DNA of 64,000 nucleotides, from the NCBI GenBank assembly GCA_964057225.1, contig OZ059900.1, positions 992,001 to 1,056,000 of the forward strand. The letters are read 5' to 3'. Under the pieces are notes generated by a model. The model was not told where the DNA came from. It searched no databases and saw nothing but the letters and a program-made list of their open reading frames with translations. The stretch comes from Auanema rhodensis (taxonomy: Eukaryota > Animalia > Nematoda). This document shows, one piece after another, positions 26,201 through 41,200 of this stretch. Numbering within the stretch: position 1 is the stretch's first letter; the number at the start of each line of letters is the position of its first letter. Made by a program: the position numbers and the translations under genes.

Positions 26201-29200
26201 TATATGATCAGAAGCATAGTTTTATTGTCTATGACAACAAAAGTCATTAATTAAACACTAATAATGTTTAAATCACTAAATTTCGCTCAAATAGCATTAC
26301 TACACTAAGTATGGTCGTTTTTATGCCTTTAACACCATATACTCACCGATTTTTGGTACAAAATCTGTAATACTTGTAAATTTTGATCATATTCGTTAAG
26401 ATTCGAGAATCAAACACATAATACACGAAATAAGTCTATTTTTATGAGTTTGCACTGATATTTATTCATTTTGATCAAAAAAGGTCGAAAATAGAAAGAA
26501 TTTTTGAAATTTCCGAGTTTTGAGTCTAATTTGGCTAAATCGCTCATATATATGATCAGAAGCATAGTTTTATTGTCTATGACAACAAAAATCATCAATT
26601 AAACGCTAGTGATGTTTAAATACTGATTTTCGCTCAAATAGCATTACTACACTAAGTATGGTCGTTTTTATGCCTTTAACACCATATACTCACCGATTTT
26701 TGGTACAAAATCTGTAATACTTGTAAATTTTGATCATATTCGTTAAGATTTGAGAATCAAACATACAATACACAAAATCAGTCTATTTTTATGAGCTTGC
26801 ACTGATATATATTCATTTTGATCAAAAAATGTCGAAAATAGAAAGAATTTTTGAGATTTCCGAGTTTTGAGTCTAATCTGGCTAAATCGCTCATATATAT
26901 GATCAGAAGCATAGTTTTATTGTCTATGACAACAAAAATCATCAATTAAACGCTAGTGATGTTTAAATACTGATTTTCGCTCAAATAGCATTACTACACT
27001 AAGTATGGTCGTTTTTATGCCTTTAACACCATATACTCACCGATTTTTGGTACAAAATCTGTAATACTTGTAAATTTTGATCATATTCGTTAAGATTCGA
27101 GAATCAAACACATAATACACGAAATAAGTCTATTTTTACAAGTTTGCACTGATATTTATTCATTTTGATCAAAAAAGATCGAAAATAGAAAGAATTTTTG
27201 AAATTTCCGAGTTTTGAGTCCAATTTGGCTAAATCGCTCATATATATGATCAAAAGCATAGTTTTATTGTCTATAACAACAAAAGTCATCAATTAAACGC
27301 TAGTGATGTTTAAATACTGAATTTCACTCAAATAGCATTACTACACTAAGTATGGTCGTTTTTATGCCTTTAACACCATATACTCACCGATTTTTGGTAC
27401 AAAATCTGTGATACTCGTAAATTTTGATCATATTCGGTGAGATTCGAGAATCAAACACACAATACACGAAATAAGTTTATTTTTACGAGTTTGCACTGAT
27501 ATTTATTCATTTTGATCAAAAAAGGTCGAAAATAGAAAGAATTTTTGAAATTTCCGAGTTTTGAGTCTAATTTGGCTAAATCGCTCATATATATGATCAA
27601 AAGCATAGTTTTATTGTCTATGACAACAAAAGTCATCAATTAAACGCTAGTGATGTTTAAATACTGAATTTCGCTCAAATAGCATTACTACACTAAGTAT
27701 GGTCGTTTTTATGCCTTTAACACCATATACTCACCGATTTTTGGTACAAAATCTGTAATACTCGTAAATTTTGATCATATTCGTTAAGATTTGAGAATCA
27801 AACATACAATACACAAAATCAGTCTATTTTTATGAGCTTGCACTGATATATATTCATTTTGATCAAAAAAGGTCGAAAATAGAAAGAATTTTTGAAATTT
27901 ACGAGTTTTGAGTCTAATTTGGCTAAATCGCTCATATATATGATCAGAAGCATAGTTTTATTGTCTATGACAACAAAAGTCATTAATTAAACACTAATGA
28001 TGTTTAAATCACTAAATTTCGCTCAAATAGCATTACTACACTAAGTATGGTCGTTTTTATGCCTTTAACACCATATACTCACCGATTTTTGGTACAAAAT
28101 CTGTAATACTTGTAAATTTTGATCATATTCGTTAAGATTCGAGAATCAAACACATGATACACGAAATAGGTCTATTTTTATGAGTTTGCACTGATATTTA
28201 TTCATTTTGATCAAAAAAGGTCGAAAATAGAAAGAATTTTTGAATTTTCCGAGTTTTGAGTCCAATTGGGCGAAATCGCTCATATATATGATCAAAAGCA
28301 TAGTTTTACTGTCTATGATAACAAAAGTCTTCAAATATACACTGATAATGTGTAAATCACTGAATTTCACTCAAATAGCTTTACTACACTAAGTATGGTC
28401 GTTTTTATGCCTTTAACACCATATACTCACCGATTTTTGGTACAAAATCTGTAATACTCGTAAATTTTGATCATATTCGTTAAGATTTGAGAATCAAACA
28501 TACAATACACAAAATCAGTCTATTTTTATGAGCTTGCACTGATATATATTCATTTTGATCAAAAAAGGTCGAAAATAGAAGGAATTTTTGAAATTTCCGA
28601 GTTTTGAGTCTAATTTGGCTAAATCGCTCATATATATGATAAGAAGCATAGTTTTATTGTGTATGACAACAAAAATCATCAATTAAACGCTAGTGATGTT
28701 TAAATACTGAATTTCACTCAAATAGCATTACTACACTAAGTATGGTCGTTTTTATGCCTTTAACACCATATACTCACCGATTTTTGGTACAAAATCTGTG
28801 ATACTCGTAAATTTTGATCATATTCGGTGAGATTCGAGAATCAAACACACAATACACGAAATAAGTTTATTTTTACGAGTTTGCACTGATATTTATTCAT
28901 TTTGATCAAAAAAGGTCGAAAATAGAAAGAATTTTTGAAATTTCCGAGTTTTGAGTCTAATTTGGCTAAATCGCTCATATATATGATCAAAAGCATAGTT
29001 TTATTGTCTATGACAACAAAAGTCATCAATTAAACGCTAGTGATGTTTAAATACTGAATTTCGCTCAAATAGCATTACTACACTAAGTATGGTCGTTTTT
29101 ATGCCTTTAACACCATATACTCACCGATTTTTGGTACAAAATCTGTAATACTCGTAAATTTTGATCATATTCGTTAAGATTTGAGAATCAAACATTCAAT

Positions 29201-29530
29201 ACAGAAAATCAGTCTATTTTTATGAGCTTGCACTGATATATATTCATTTTGATCAAAAAAGGTCGAAAATAGAAAGAATTTTTGAAATTTACGAGTTTTG
29301 AGTCTAATTTGGCTAAATCGCTCATATATATGATCAGAAGCATAGTTTTATTGTCTATGACAACTAAAGTCATTAATTAAACACTAATGATGTTTAAATC
29401 ACTAAATTTCGCTCAAATAGCATTACTACACTAAGTATGGTCGTTTTTATGCCTTTAACACCATATACTCACCGATTTTTGGTACAAAATCTGTAATACT
29501 TGTAAATTTTGATCATATTCGTTAAGATTC
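23279..29530. repeat. 9-monomer HOR, 2 copies, period 3126 bp
   Basis: Private AAATGTCG at 23701/26827 and TGGGCGAAAT at 25141/28267. ACATTCAATACAG occurs in the monomers at 26062/29188. ORF pairs 23284/26410, 23978/27104, 24325/27451, 25020/28146, 25715/28841. Confidence 0.95.
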
Positions 29531-31614
29531 GAGAATCAAACACATAATACACAAAATAAGTCTATTTTTATGAGTTTGCACTGATATTTATTCATTTTGA
29601 TCAAAAAAGGTCGAAAATAGAAAGAATTTTTGAATTTTCCGAGTTTTGAGTCCAATTGGGCTAAATCGCTCATATATATGATCAAAAGCATAGTTTTACT
29701 GTCTATGATAACAAAAGTCTTCAAATATACACTAATAATGTGTAAATCACTGAATTTCACTCAAATAGCTTTACTACACTAAGTATGGTCGTTTTTATGC
29801 CTTTAACACCATATACTCACCGATTTTTGGTACAAAATCTGTAATACTCGTAAATTTTGATCATATTCGTTAAGATTTGAGAATCAAACATACAATACAC
29901 AGAATCAGTCTATTTTTATGAGCTTGCACTGATATATATTCATTTTGATCAAAAAAGGTCGAAAATAGAAAGAATTTTTGAAATTTCCGAGTTTTGAGTC
30001 TAATTTGGCTAAATCGCTCATATATATGATCAGAAGCATAGTTTTATTGTCTATGACAACAAAAATCATCAATTAAACGCTAGTGATGTTTAAATACTGA
30101 TTTTCGCTCAAATAGCATTACTACACTAAGTATGGTCGTTTTTATGCCTTTAACACCATATACTCACCGATTTTTGGTACAAAATCTGTAATACTTGTAA
30201 ATTTTGATCATATTTGTTAAGATTCGAGAATCAAACACATAATGCACGAAATAAGTCTATTTTTACAAGTTTGCACTGATATTTATTCATTTTGATCAAA
30301 AAAGATCGAAAATAGAAAGAATTTTTGAAATTTCCGAGTTTTGAGTCCAATTTGGCTAAATCGCTCATATATATGATCAAAAGCATAGTTTTATTGTCTA
30401 TAACAACAAAAGTCATCAATTAAACGCTAGTGATGTTTTAATACTGAATTTCGCTCAAATAGCATTACTACACTAAGTATGGTCGTTTTTATGCCTTTAA
30501 CACCATATACTCACCGATTTTTGGTACAAAATCTGTAATACTTGTAAATTTTGATCATATTCGTTAAGATTTGAGAATCAAACATACAATACACAAAATC
30601 AGTCTATTTTTATGAGCTTGCACTGATATATATTCATTTTGATCAAAAAAGGTCGAAAATAGAAAGAATTTTTGAAATTTCCGAGTTTTGAGTCTAATTT
30701 GGCTAAATCAACTCATATATATGATCAGAAGCATAGTTTTATTGTCTATGACAACAAAAATCATCAATTAAACGCTAATGATGTTTAAATACTGATTTTC
30801 GCTCAAATAGCATTACTACACTAAGTATGGTCGTTTTTATGCCTTTAACACCATATACTCACCGATTTTTGGTACAAAATCTGTAATACTTGTAAATTTT
30901 GATCATATTCGTTAAGATTCGAGAATCAAACGCATAATACACGAAATAAGTATATTTTTACAAGTTTGCACTGATATTTATTCATTTTGATCAAAAAAGA
31001 TCGAAAATAGAAAGAATTTTTGAAATTTCCGAGTTTTGAGTCCAATTTGGCTAAATCGCTCATATATATGATCAAAAGCATAGTTTTATTGTCTATAACA
31101 ACAAAAGTCATCAATTAAACGCTAGTGATGTTTAAATACTGAATTTCACTCAAATAGCATTACTACACTAAGTATGGTCGTTTTTATGCCTTTAACACCA
31201 TATACTCACCGATTTTTGGTACAAAATCTGTGATACTCGTAAATTTTGATCATATTCGGTGAGATTCGAGCATCAAACACATAATACACAAAATAAGTCT
31301 ATTTTTATGAGTTTGCACTGATATTTATTCATTTTGATCAAAAAAGGTCGAAAATAGAAAGAATTTTTGAATTTTCCGAGTTTTGAGTCCAATTTGGCTA
31401 AATCGCTCATATATATGATCAAAAGCATAGTTTTATTGTCTATAACAACAAAAGTCATCAATTAAACGCTAGTGATGTTTTAATACTGAATTTCGCTCAA
31501 ATAGCATTACTACACTAAGTATGGTCGTTTTTATGCCTTTAACACCATATACTCACCGATTTTTGGTACAAAATCTGTAATACTTGTAAATTTTGATCAT
31601 ATTCGTTAAGATTC

Positions 31615-34390
31615 GAGAATCAAACACATAATGCACGAAATAAGTCTATTTTTATGAGCTTGCACTGATATTTATTCATTTTGATCAAAAAAGATCGAAA
31701 ATAGAAAGAATTTTTGAAATTTCCGAGTTTTGAGTCCAATTTGGCTAAATCGCTCATATATATGATCAGAAGCATAGTTTTATTGTCTATGACAACAAAA
31801 ATCATCAATTAAACGCTAGTGATGTTTAAATACTGATTTTCGCTCAAATAGCATTACTACACTAAGTATGGTCGTTTTTATGCCTTTAACACCATATACT
31901 CACCGATTTTTGGTACAAAATCTGTAATACTTGTAAATTTTGATCATATTCGTTAAGATTCGAGAATCAAACACATAATGCACGAAATAAGTCTATTTTT
32001 ACAAGTTTGCACTGATATTTATTCATTTTTATCAAAAAAGATCGAAAATAGAAAGAATTTTTGAAATTTCCGAGTTTTGAGTCCAATTTGGCTAAATCGC
32101 TCATATATATGATCAAAAGCATAGTTTTATTGTCTATAACAACAAAAGTCATCAATTAAACGCTAGTGATGTTTTAATACTGAATTTCGCTCAAATAGCA
32201 TTACTACACTAAGTATGGTCGTTTTTATGCCTTTAACACCATATACTCACCGATTTTTGGTACAAAATCTGTGATACTCGTAAATTTTGATCATATTCGG
32301 TGAGATTCGAGAATCAAACACACAATACACGAAATAAGTTTATTTTGACGAGTTTGCACTGATATTTATTCATTTTGATCAAAAAAGGTCGAAAATAGAA
32401 AGATTTTTTGAAATTTCCGAGTTTTGAGTCCAATTTGGCTAAATCGCTCATATATATGATCAAAAGCATAGTTTTATTGTCTATAACAACAAAAGTCATC
32501 AATTAAACGCTAGTGATGTTTTAATACTGAATTTCGCTCAAATAGCATTACTACACTAAGTATGGTCGTTTTTATGCCTTTAACACCATATACTCACCGA
32601 TTTTTGGTACAAAATCTGTAATACTTGTAAATTTTGATCATATTCGTTAAGATTCGAGAATCAAACACATAATGCACGAAATAAGTCTATTTTTATGAGC
32701 TTGCACTGATATTTATTCATTTTGATCAAAAAAGATCGAAAATAGAAAGAATTTTTGAAATTTCCGAGTTTTGAGTCCAATTTGGCTAAATCGCTCATAT
32801 ATATGATCAGAAGCATAGTTTTATTGTCTATGACAACAAAAATCATCAATTAAACGCTAGTGATGTTTAAATACTGATTTTCGCTCAAATAGCATTACTA
32901 CACTAAGTATGGTCGTTTTTATGCCTTTAACACCATATACTCACCGATTTTTGGTACAAAATCTGTAATACTTGTAAATTTTGATCATATTCGTTAAGAT
33001 TCGAGAATCAAACACATAATGCACGAAATAAGTCTATTTTTACAAGTTTGCACTGATATTTATTCATTTTTATCAAAAAAGATCGAAAATAGAAAGAATT
33101 TTTGAAATTTCCGAGTTTTGAGTCCAATTTGGCTAAATCGCTCATATATATGATCAAAAGCATAGTTTTATTGTCTATAACAACAAAAGTCATCAATTAA
33201 ACGCTAGTGATGTTTTAATACTGAATTTCGCTCAAATAGCATTACTACACTAAGTATGGTCGTTTTTATGCCTTTAACACCATATACTCACCGATTTTTG
33301 GTACAAAATCTGTGATACTCGTAAATTTTGATCATATTCGGTGAGATTCGAGAATCAAACACACAATACACGAAATAAGTTTATTTTGACGAGTTTGCAC
33401 TGATATTTATTCATTTTGATCAAAAAAGGTCGAAAATAGAAAGATTTTTTGAAATTTCCGAGTTTTGAGTCCAATTTGGCTAAATCGCTCATATATATGA
33501 TCAAAAGCATAGTTTTATTGTCTATAACAACAAAAGTCATCAATTAAACGCTAGTGATGTTTTAATACTGAATTTCGCTCAAATAGCATTACTACACTAA
33601 GTATGGTCGTTTTTATGCCTTTAACACCATATACTCACCGATTTTTGGTACAAAATCTGTAATACTTGTAAATTTTGATCATATTCGTTAAGATTCGAGA
33701 ATCAAACACATAATGCACGAAATAAGTCTATTTTTATGAGCTTGCACTGATATTTATTCATTTTGATCAAAAAAGATCGAAAATAGAAAGAATTTTTGAA
33801 ATTTCCGAGTTTTGAGTCCAATTTGGCTAAATCGCTCATATATATGATCAGAAGCATAGTTTTATTGTCTATGACAACAAAAATCATCAATTAAACGCTA
33901 GTGATGTTTAAATACTGATTTTCGCTCAAATAGCATTACTACACTAAGTATGGTCGTTTTTATGCCTTTAACACCATATACTCACCGATTTTTGGTACAA
34001 AATCTGTAATACTTGTAAATTTTGATCATATTCGTTAAGATTCGAGAATCAAACACATAATACACGAAATAAGTCTATTTTTACAAGTTTGCACTGATAT
34101 TTATTCATTTTGATCAAAAAAGATCGAAAATAGAAAGAATTTTTGAAATTTCCGAGTTTTGAGTCCAATTTGGCTAAATCGCTCATATATATGATCAAAA
34201 GCATAGTTTTATTGTCTATAACAACAAAAGTCATCAATTAAACGCTAGTGATGTTTTAATACTGAATTTCGCTCAAATAGCATTACTACACTAAGTATGG
34301 TCGTTTTTATGCCTTTAACACCATATACTCACCGATTTTTGGTACAAAATCTGTAATACTCGTAAATTTTGATCATATTCGTTAAGATTT
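31615..34390. repeat. 3-monomer HOR, ~2.7 copies, period 1041 bp
   Basis: ORFs 31620/32661/33702 are identical, as are 31967/33008 and 32314/33355. All monomers are 347 bp. Carries the AATGCACG marker. Confidence 0.93.
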
Positions 34391-35779
34391 GAGAATCAAA
34401 CATACAATACACAAAATCAGTCTATTTTTATGAGCTTGCACTGATATATTTTCATTTCGATCAAAAAAGGTCGAAAATAGAAAGAATTTTTGAAATTTCC
34501 GAGTTTTGAGTCTAATTTGGCTAAATCGCTCATATATATGATCAGAAGCATAGTTTTATTGTCTATGACAACAAAAATCATCAATTAAACGCTAGTGATG
34601 TTTAAATACTGATTTTCGCTCAAATAGCATTACTACACTAAGTATGGTCGTTTTTATGCCTTTAACACCATATACTCACCGATTTTTGGTACAAAATCTG
34701 TAATACTTGTAAATTTTGATCATATTCGTTAAGATTCGAGAATCAAACACATAATACACGAAATAAGTCTATTTTTACAAGTTTGCACTGATATTTATTC
34801 ATTTTGATCAAAAAAGATCGAAAATAGAAAGAATTTTTGAAATTTCCGAGTTTTGAGTCCAATTTGGCTAAATCGCTCATATATATGATCAAAAGCATAG
34901 TTTTATTGTCTATAACAACAAAAGTCATCAATTAAACGCTAGTGATGTTTAAATACTGAATTTCACTCAAATAGCATTACTACACTAAGTATGGTCGTTT
35001 TTATGCCTTTAACACCATATACTCACCGATTTTTGGTACAAAATCTGTGATACTCGTAAATTTTGATCATATTCGGTGAGATTCGAGAATCAAACACATA
35101 ATACACAAAATAAGTCTATTTTTATGAGTTTGCACTGATATTTATTCATTTTGATCAAAAAAGGTCGAAAATAGAAAGAATTTTTGAATTTTCCGAGTTT
35201 TGAGTCCAATTGGGCTAAATCGCTCATATATATGATCAAAAGCATAGTTTTACTGTTCATGATAACAAAAGTCTTCAAATATACACTAATAATGTGTAAA
35301 TCACTGAATTTCACTCAAATAGCTTTACTACACTAAGTATGGTCGTTTTTATGCCTTTAACACCATATACTCACCGATTTTTGGTACAAAATCTGTAATA
35401 CTCGTAAATTTTGATCATATTCGTTAAGATTTGAGAATCAAACATACAATACACAAAATCAGTCTATTTTTATGAGCTTGCACTGATATATATTCATTTT
35501 GATCAAAAAAGGTCGAAAATAGAAAGAATTTTTGAAATTTCCGAGTTTTGAGTCTAATTTGGCTAAATCGCTCATATATATGATCAGAAGCATAGTTTTA
35601 TTGTCTATGACAACAAAAATCATCAATTAAACGCTAGTGATGTTTAAATACTGATTTTCGCTCAAATAGCATTACTACACTAAGTATGGTCGTTTTTATG
35701 CCTTTAACACCATATACTCACCGATTTTTGGTACAAAATCTGTAATACTTGTAAATTTTGATCATATTCGTTAAGATTC

Positions 35780-38208
35780 GAGAATCAAACACATAATGCA
35801 CGAAATAAGTCTATTTTTACAAGTTTGCACTGATATTTATTCATTTTGATCAAAAAAGATCGAAAATAGAAAGAATTTTTGAAATTTCCGAGTTTTGAGT
35901 CCAATTTGGCTAAATCGCTCATATATATGATCAAAAGCATAGTTTTATTGTCTATAACAACAAAAGTCATCAATTAAACGCTAGTGATGTTTTAATACTG
36001 AATTTCGCTCAAATAGCATTACTACACTAAGTATGGTCGTTTTTATGCCTTTAACACCATATACTCACCGATTTTTGGTACAAAATCTGTGATACTCGTA
36101 AATTTTGATCATATTCGGTGAGATTCGAGAATCAAACACACAATACACGAAATAAGTTTATTTTGACGAGTTTGCACTGATATTTATTCATTTTGATCAA
36201 AAAAGGTCGAAAATAGAAAGATTTTTTGAAATTTCCGAGTTTTGAGTCCAATTTGGCTAAATCGCTCATATATATGATCAAAAGCATAGTTTTATTGTCT
36301 ATAACAACAAAAGTCATCAATTAAACGCTAGTGATGTTTTAATACTGAATTTCGCTCAAATAGCATTACTACACTAAGTATGGTCGTTTTTATGCCTTTA
36401 ACACCATATACTCACCGATTTTTGGTACAAAATCTGTAATACTTGTAAATTTTGATCATATTCGTTAAGATTCGAGAATCAAACACATAATGCACGAAAT
36501 AAGTCTATTTTTATGAGCTTGCACTGATATTTATTCATTTTGATCAAAAAAGATCGAAAATAGAAAGAATTTTTGAAATTTCCGAGTTTTGAGTCCAATT
36601 TGGCTAAATCGCTCATATATATGATCAGAAGCATAGTTTTATTGTCTATGACAACAAAAATCATCAATTAAACGCTAGTGATGTTTAAATACTGATTTTC
36701 GCTCAAATAGCATTACTACACTAAGTATGGTCGTTTTTATGCCTTTAACACCATATACTCACCGATTTTTGGTACAAAATCTGTAATACTTGTAAATTTT
36801 GATCATATTCGTTAAGATTCGAGAATCAAACACATAATACACGAAATAAGTCTATTTTTACAAGTTTGCACTGATATTTATTCATTTTGATCAAAAAAGA
36901 TCGAAAATAGAAAGAATTTTTGAAATTTCCGAGTTTTGAGTCCAATTTGGCTAAATCGCTCATATATATGATCAAAAGCATAGTTTTATTGTCTATAACA
37001 ACAAAAGTCATCAATTAAACGCTAGTGATGTTTTAATACTGAATTTCGCTCAAATAGCATTACTACACTAAGTATGGTCGTTTTTATGCCTTTAACACCA
37101 TATACTCACCGATTTTTGGTACAAAATCTGTGATACTCGTAAATTTTGATCATATTCGGTGAGATTCGAGAATCAAACACACAATACACGAAATAAGTTT
37201 ATTTTGACGAGTTTGCACTGATATTTATTCATTTTGATCAAAAAAGGTCGAAAATAGAAAGATTTTTTGAAATTTCCGAGTTTTGAGTCCAATTTGGCTA
37301 AATCGCTCATATATATGATCAAAAGCATAGTTTTATTGTCTATAACAACAAAAGTCATCAATTAAACGCTAGTGATGTTTTAATACTGAATTTCGCTCAA
37401 ATAGCATTACTACACTAAGTATGGTCGTTTTTATGCCTTTAACACCATATACTCACCGATTTTTGGTACAAAATCTGTAATACTTGTAAATTTTGATCAT
37501 ATTCGTTAAGATTCGAGAATCAAACACATAATGCACGAAATAAGTCTATTTTTATGAGCTTGCACTGATATTTATTCATTTTGATCAAAAAAGATCGAAA
37601 ATAGAAAGAATTTTTGAAATTTCCGAGTTTTGAGTCCAATTTGGCTAAATCGCTCATATATATGATCAGAAGCATAGTTTTATTGTCTATGACAACAAAA
37701 ATCATCAATTAAACGCTAGTGATGTTTAAATACTGATTTTCGCTCAAATAGCATTACTACACTAAGTATGGTCGTTTTTATGCCTTTAACACCATATACT
37801 CACCGATTTTTGGTACAAAATCTGTAATACTTGTAAATTTTGATCATATTCGTTAAGATTCGAGAATCAAACACATAATACACGAAATAAGTCTATTTTT
37901 ACAAGTTTGCACTGATATTTATTCATTTTGATCAAAAAAGATCGAAAATAGAAAGAATTTTTGAAATTTCCGAGTTTTGAGTCCAATTTGGCTAAATCGC
38001 TCATATATATGATCAAAAGCATAGTTTTATTGTCTATAACAACAAAAGTCATCAATTAAACGCTAGTGATGTTTAAATACTGAATTTCACTCAAATAGCA
38101 TTACTACACTAAGTATGGTCGTTTTTATGCCTTTAACACCATATACTCACCGATTTTTGGTAAAAAATCTGTAATACTCGTAAATTTTGATCATATTCGT
38201 TAAGATTT
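35780..38208. repeat. Second run of the same 3-monomer HOR, ~2.3 copies, offset 3818 bp from the first run
   Basis: ORFs 36132/37173, 36479/37520 and 36826/37867 are identical pairs and match the types in 31615-34390. Confidence 0.92.
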
Positions 38209-41200
38209 GAGAATCAAACATACAATACACAAAATCAGTCTATTTTTATGAGCTTGCACTGATATATTTTCATTTCGATCAAAAAAGGTCGAAAATAGAA
38301 AGAATTTTTGAAATTTCCGAGTTTTGAGTCTAATTTGGCTAAATCGCTCATATATATGATCAGAAGCATAGTTTTATTGTCTATGACAACAAAAATCATC
38401 AATTAAACGCTAGTGATGTTTAAATACTGATTTTCGCTCAAATAGCATTACTACACTAAGTATGGTCGTTTTTATGCCTTTAACACCATATACTCACCGA
38501 TTTTTGGTACAAAATCTGTAATACTTGTAAATTTTGATCATATTCGTTAAGATTCGAGAATCAAACACATAATACACGAAATAAGTCTATTTTTACAAGT
38601 TTGCACTGATATTTATTCATTTTGATCAAAAAAGATCGAAAATAGAAAGAATTTTTGAAATTTCCGAGTTTTGAGTCCAATTTGGCTAAATCGCTCATAT
38701 ATATGATCAAAAGCATAGTTTTATTGTCTATAACAACAAAAGTCATCAATTAAACGCTAGTGATGTTTAAATACTGAATTTCACTCAAATAGCATTACTA
38801 CACTAAGTATGGTCGTTTTTATGCCTTTAACACCATATACTCACCGATTTTTGGTACAAAATCTGTGATACTCGTAAATTTTGATCATATTCGTTAAGAT
38901 TTGAGAATCAAACATACAATACACAAAATCAGTCTATTTTTATGAGCTTGCACTGATATATATTCATTTTGATCAAAAAAGGTCGAAAATAGAAAGAATT
39001 TTTGAAATTTACGAGTTTTGAGTCTAATTTGGCTAAATCGCTCATATATATGATCAGAAGCATAGTTTTATTGTCTATGACAACAAAAGTCATTAATTAA
39101 ACGCTAGTGATGTTTAAATACTGATTTTCGCTCAAATAGCATTACTACACTAAGTATGGTCGTTTTTATGCCTTTAACACCATATACTCACCGATTTTTG
39201 GTACAAAATCTGTAATACTTGTAAATTTTGATCATATTCGTTAAGATTCGAGAATCAAACACATAATACACGAAATAAGTCTATTTTTACAAGTTTGCAC
39301 TGATATTTATTCATTTTGATCAAAAAAGATCGAAAATAGAAAGAATTTTTGAAATTTCCGAGTTTTGAGTCCAATTTGGCTAAATCGCTCATATATATGA
39401 TCAAAAGCATAGTTTTATTGTCTATAACAACAAAAGTCATCAATTAAACGCTAGTGATGTTTAAATACTGAATTTCACTCAAATAGCATTACTACACTAA
39501 GTATGGTCGTTTTTATGCCTTTAACACCATATACTCACCGATTTTTGGTACAAAATCTGTGATACTCGTAAATTTTGATCATATTTGGTGAGATTCGAGA
39601 ATCAAACACACAATACACGAAATAAGTTTATTTTTACGAGTTTGCACTGATATTTATTCATTTTGATCAAAAAAGGTCGAAAATAGAAAGAATTTTTGAA
39701 ATTTCCGAGTTTTGAGTCTAATTTGGCTAAATCGCTCATATATATGATCAAAAGCATAGTTTTATTGTCTATGACAACAAAAGTCATCAATTAAACGCTA
39801 GTGATGTTTAAATACTGAATTTCGCTCAAATAGCATTACTACACTAAGTATGGTCGTTTTTATGCCTTTAACACCATATACTCACCGATTTTTGGTACAA
39901 AATCTGTAATACTCGTAAATTTTGATCATATTCGTTAAGATTTGAGAATCAAACATACAATACACAAAATCAGTCTATTTTTATGAGCTTGCACTGATAT
40001 ATATTCATTTTGATCAAAAAAGGTCGAAAATAGAAAGAATTTTTGAAATTTACGAGTTTTGAGTCTAATTTGGCTAAATCGCTCATATATATGATCAGAA
40101 GCATAGTTTTATTGTCTATGACAACAAAAGTCATTAATTAAACACTAATGATGTTTAAATCACTAAATTTCGCTCAAATAGCATTACTACACTAAGTATG
40201 GTCGTTTTTATGCCTTTAACACCATATACTCACCGATTTTTGGTACAAAATCTGTAATACTTGTAAATTTTGATCATATTCGTTAAGATTCGAGAATCAA
40301 ACACATAATACACGAAATAAGTCTATTTTTATGAGTTTGCACTGATATTTATTCATTTTGATCAAAAAAGGTCGAAAATAGAAAGAATTTTTGAATTTTC
40401 CGAGTTTTGAGTCCAATTGGGCTAAATCGCTCATATATATGATCAAAAGCATAGTTTTACTGTCTATGATAACAAAAGTCTTCAAATATACACTAATAAT
40501 GTGTAAATCACTGAATTTCACTCAAATAGCTTTACTACACTAAGTATGGTCGTTTTTATGCCTTTAACACCATATACTCACCGATTTTTGGTAAAAAATC
40601 TGTAATACTCGTAAATTTTGATCATATTCGTTAAGATTTGAGAATCAAACATACAATACACAAAATCAGTCTATTTTTATGAGCTTGCACTGATATATTT
40701 TCATTTCGATCAAAAAAGGTCGAAAATAGAAAGAATTTTTGAAATTTCCGAGTTTTGAGTCTAATTTGGCTAAATCGCTCATATATATGATCAGAAGCAT
40801 AGTTTTATTGTCTATGACAACAAAAATCATCAATTAAACGCTAGTGATGTTTAAATACTGATTTTCGCTCAAATAGCATTACTACACTAAGTATGGTCGT
40901 TTTTATGCCTTTAACACCATATACTCACCGATTTTTGGTACAAAATCTGTAATACTTGTAAATTTTGATCATATTCGTTAAGATTCGAGAATCAAACACA
41001 TAATACACGAAATAAGTCTATTTTTACAAGTTTGCACTGATATTTATTCATTTTGATCAAAAAAGATCGAAAATAGAAAGAATTTTTGAAATTTCCGAGT
41101 TTTGAGTCCAATTTGGCTAAATCGCTCATATATATGATCAAAAGCATAGTTTTATTGTCTATAACAACAAAAGTCATCAATTAAACGCTAGTGATGTTTA

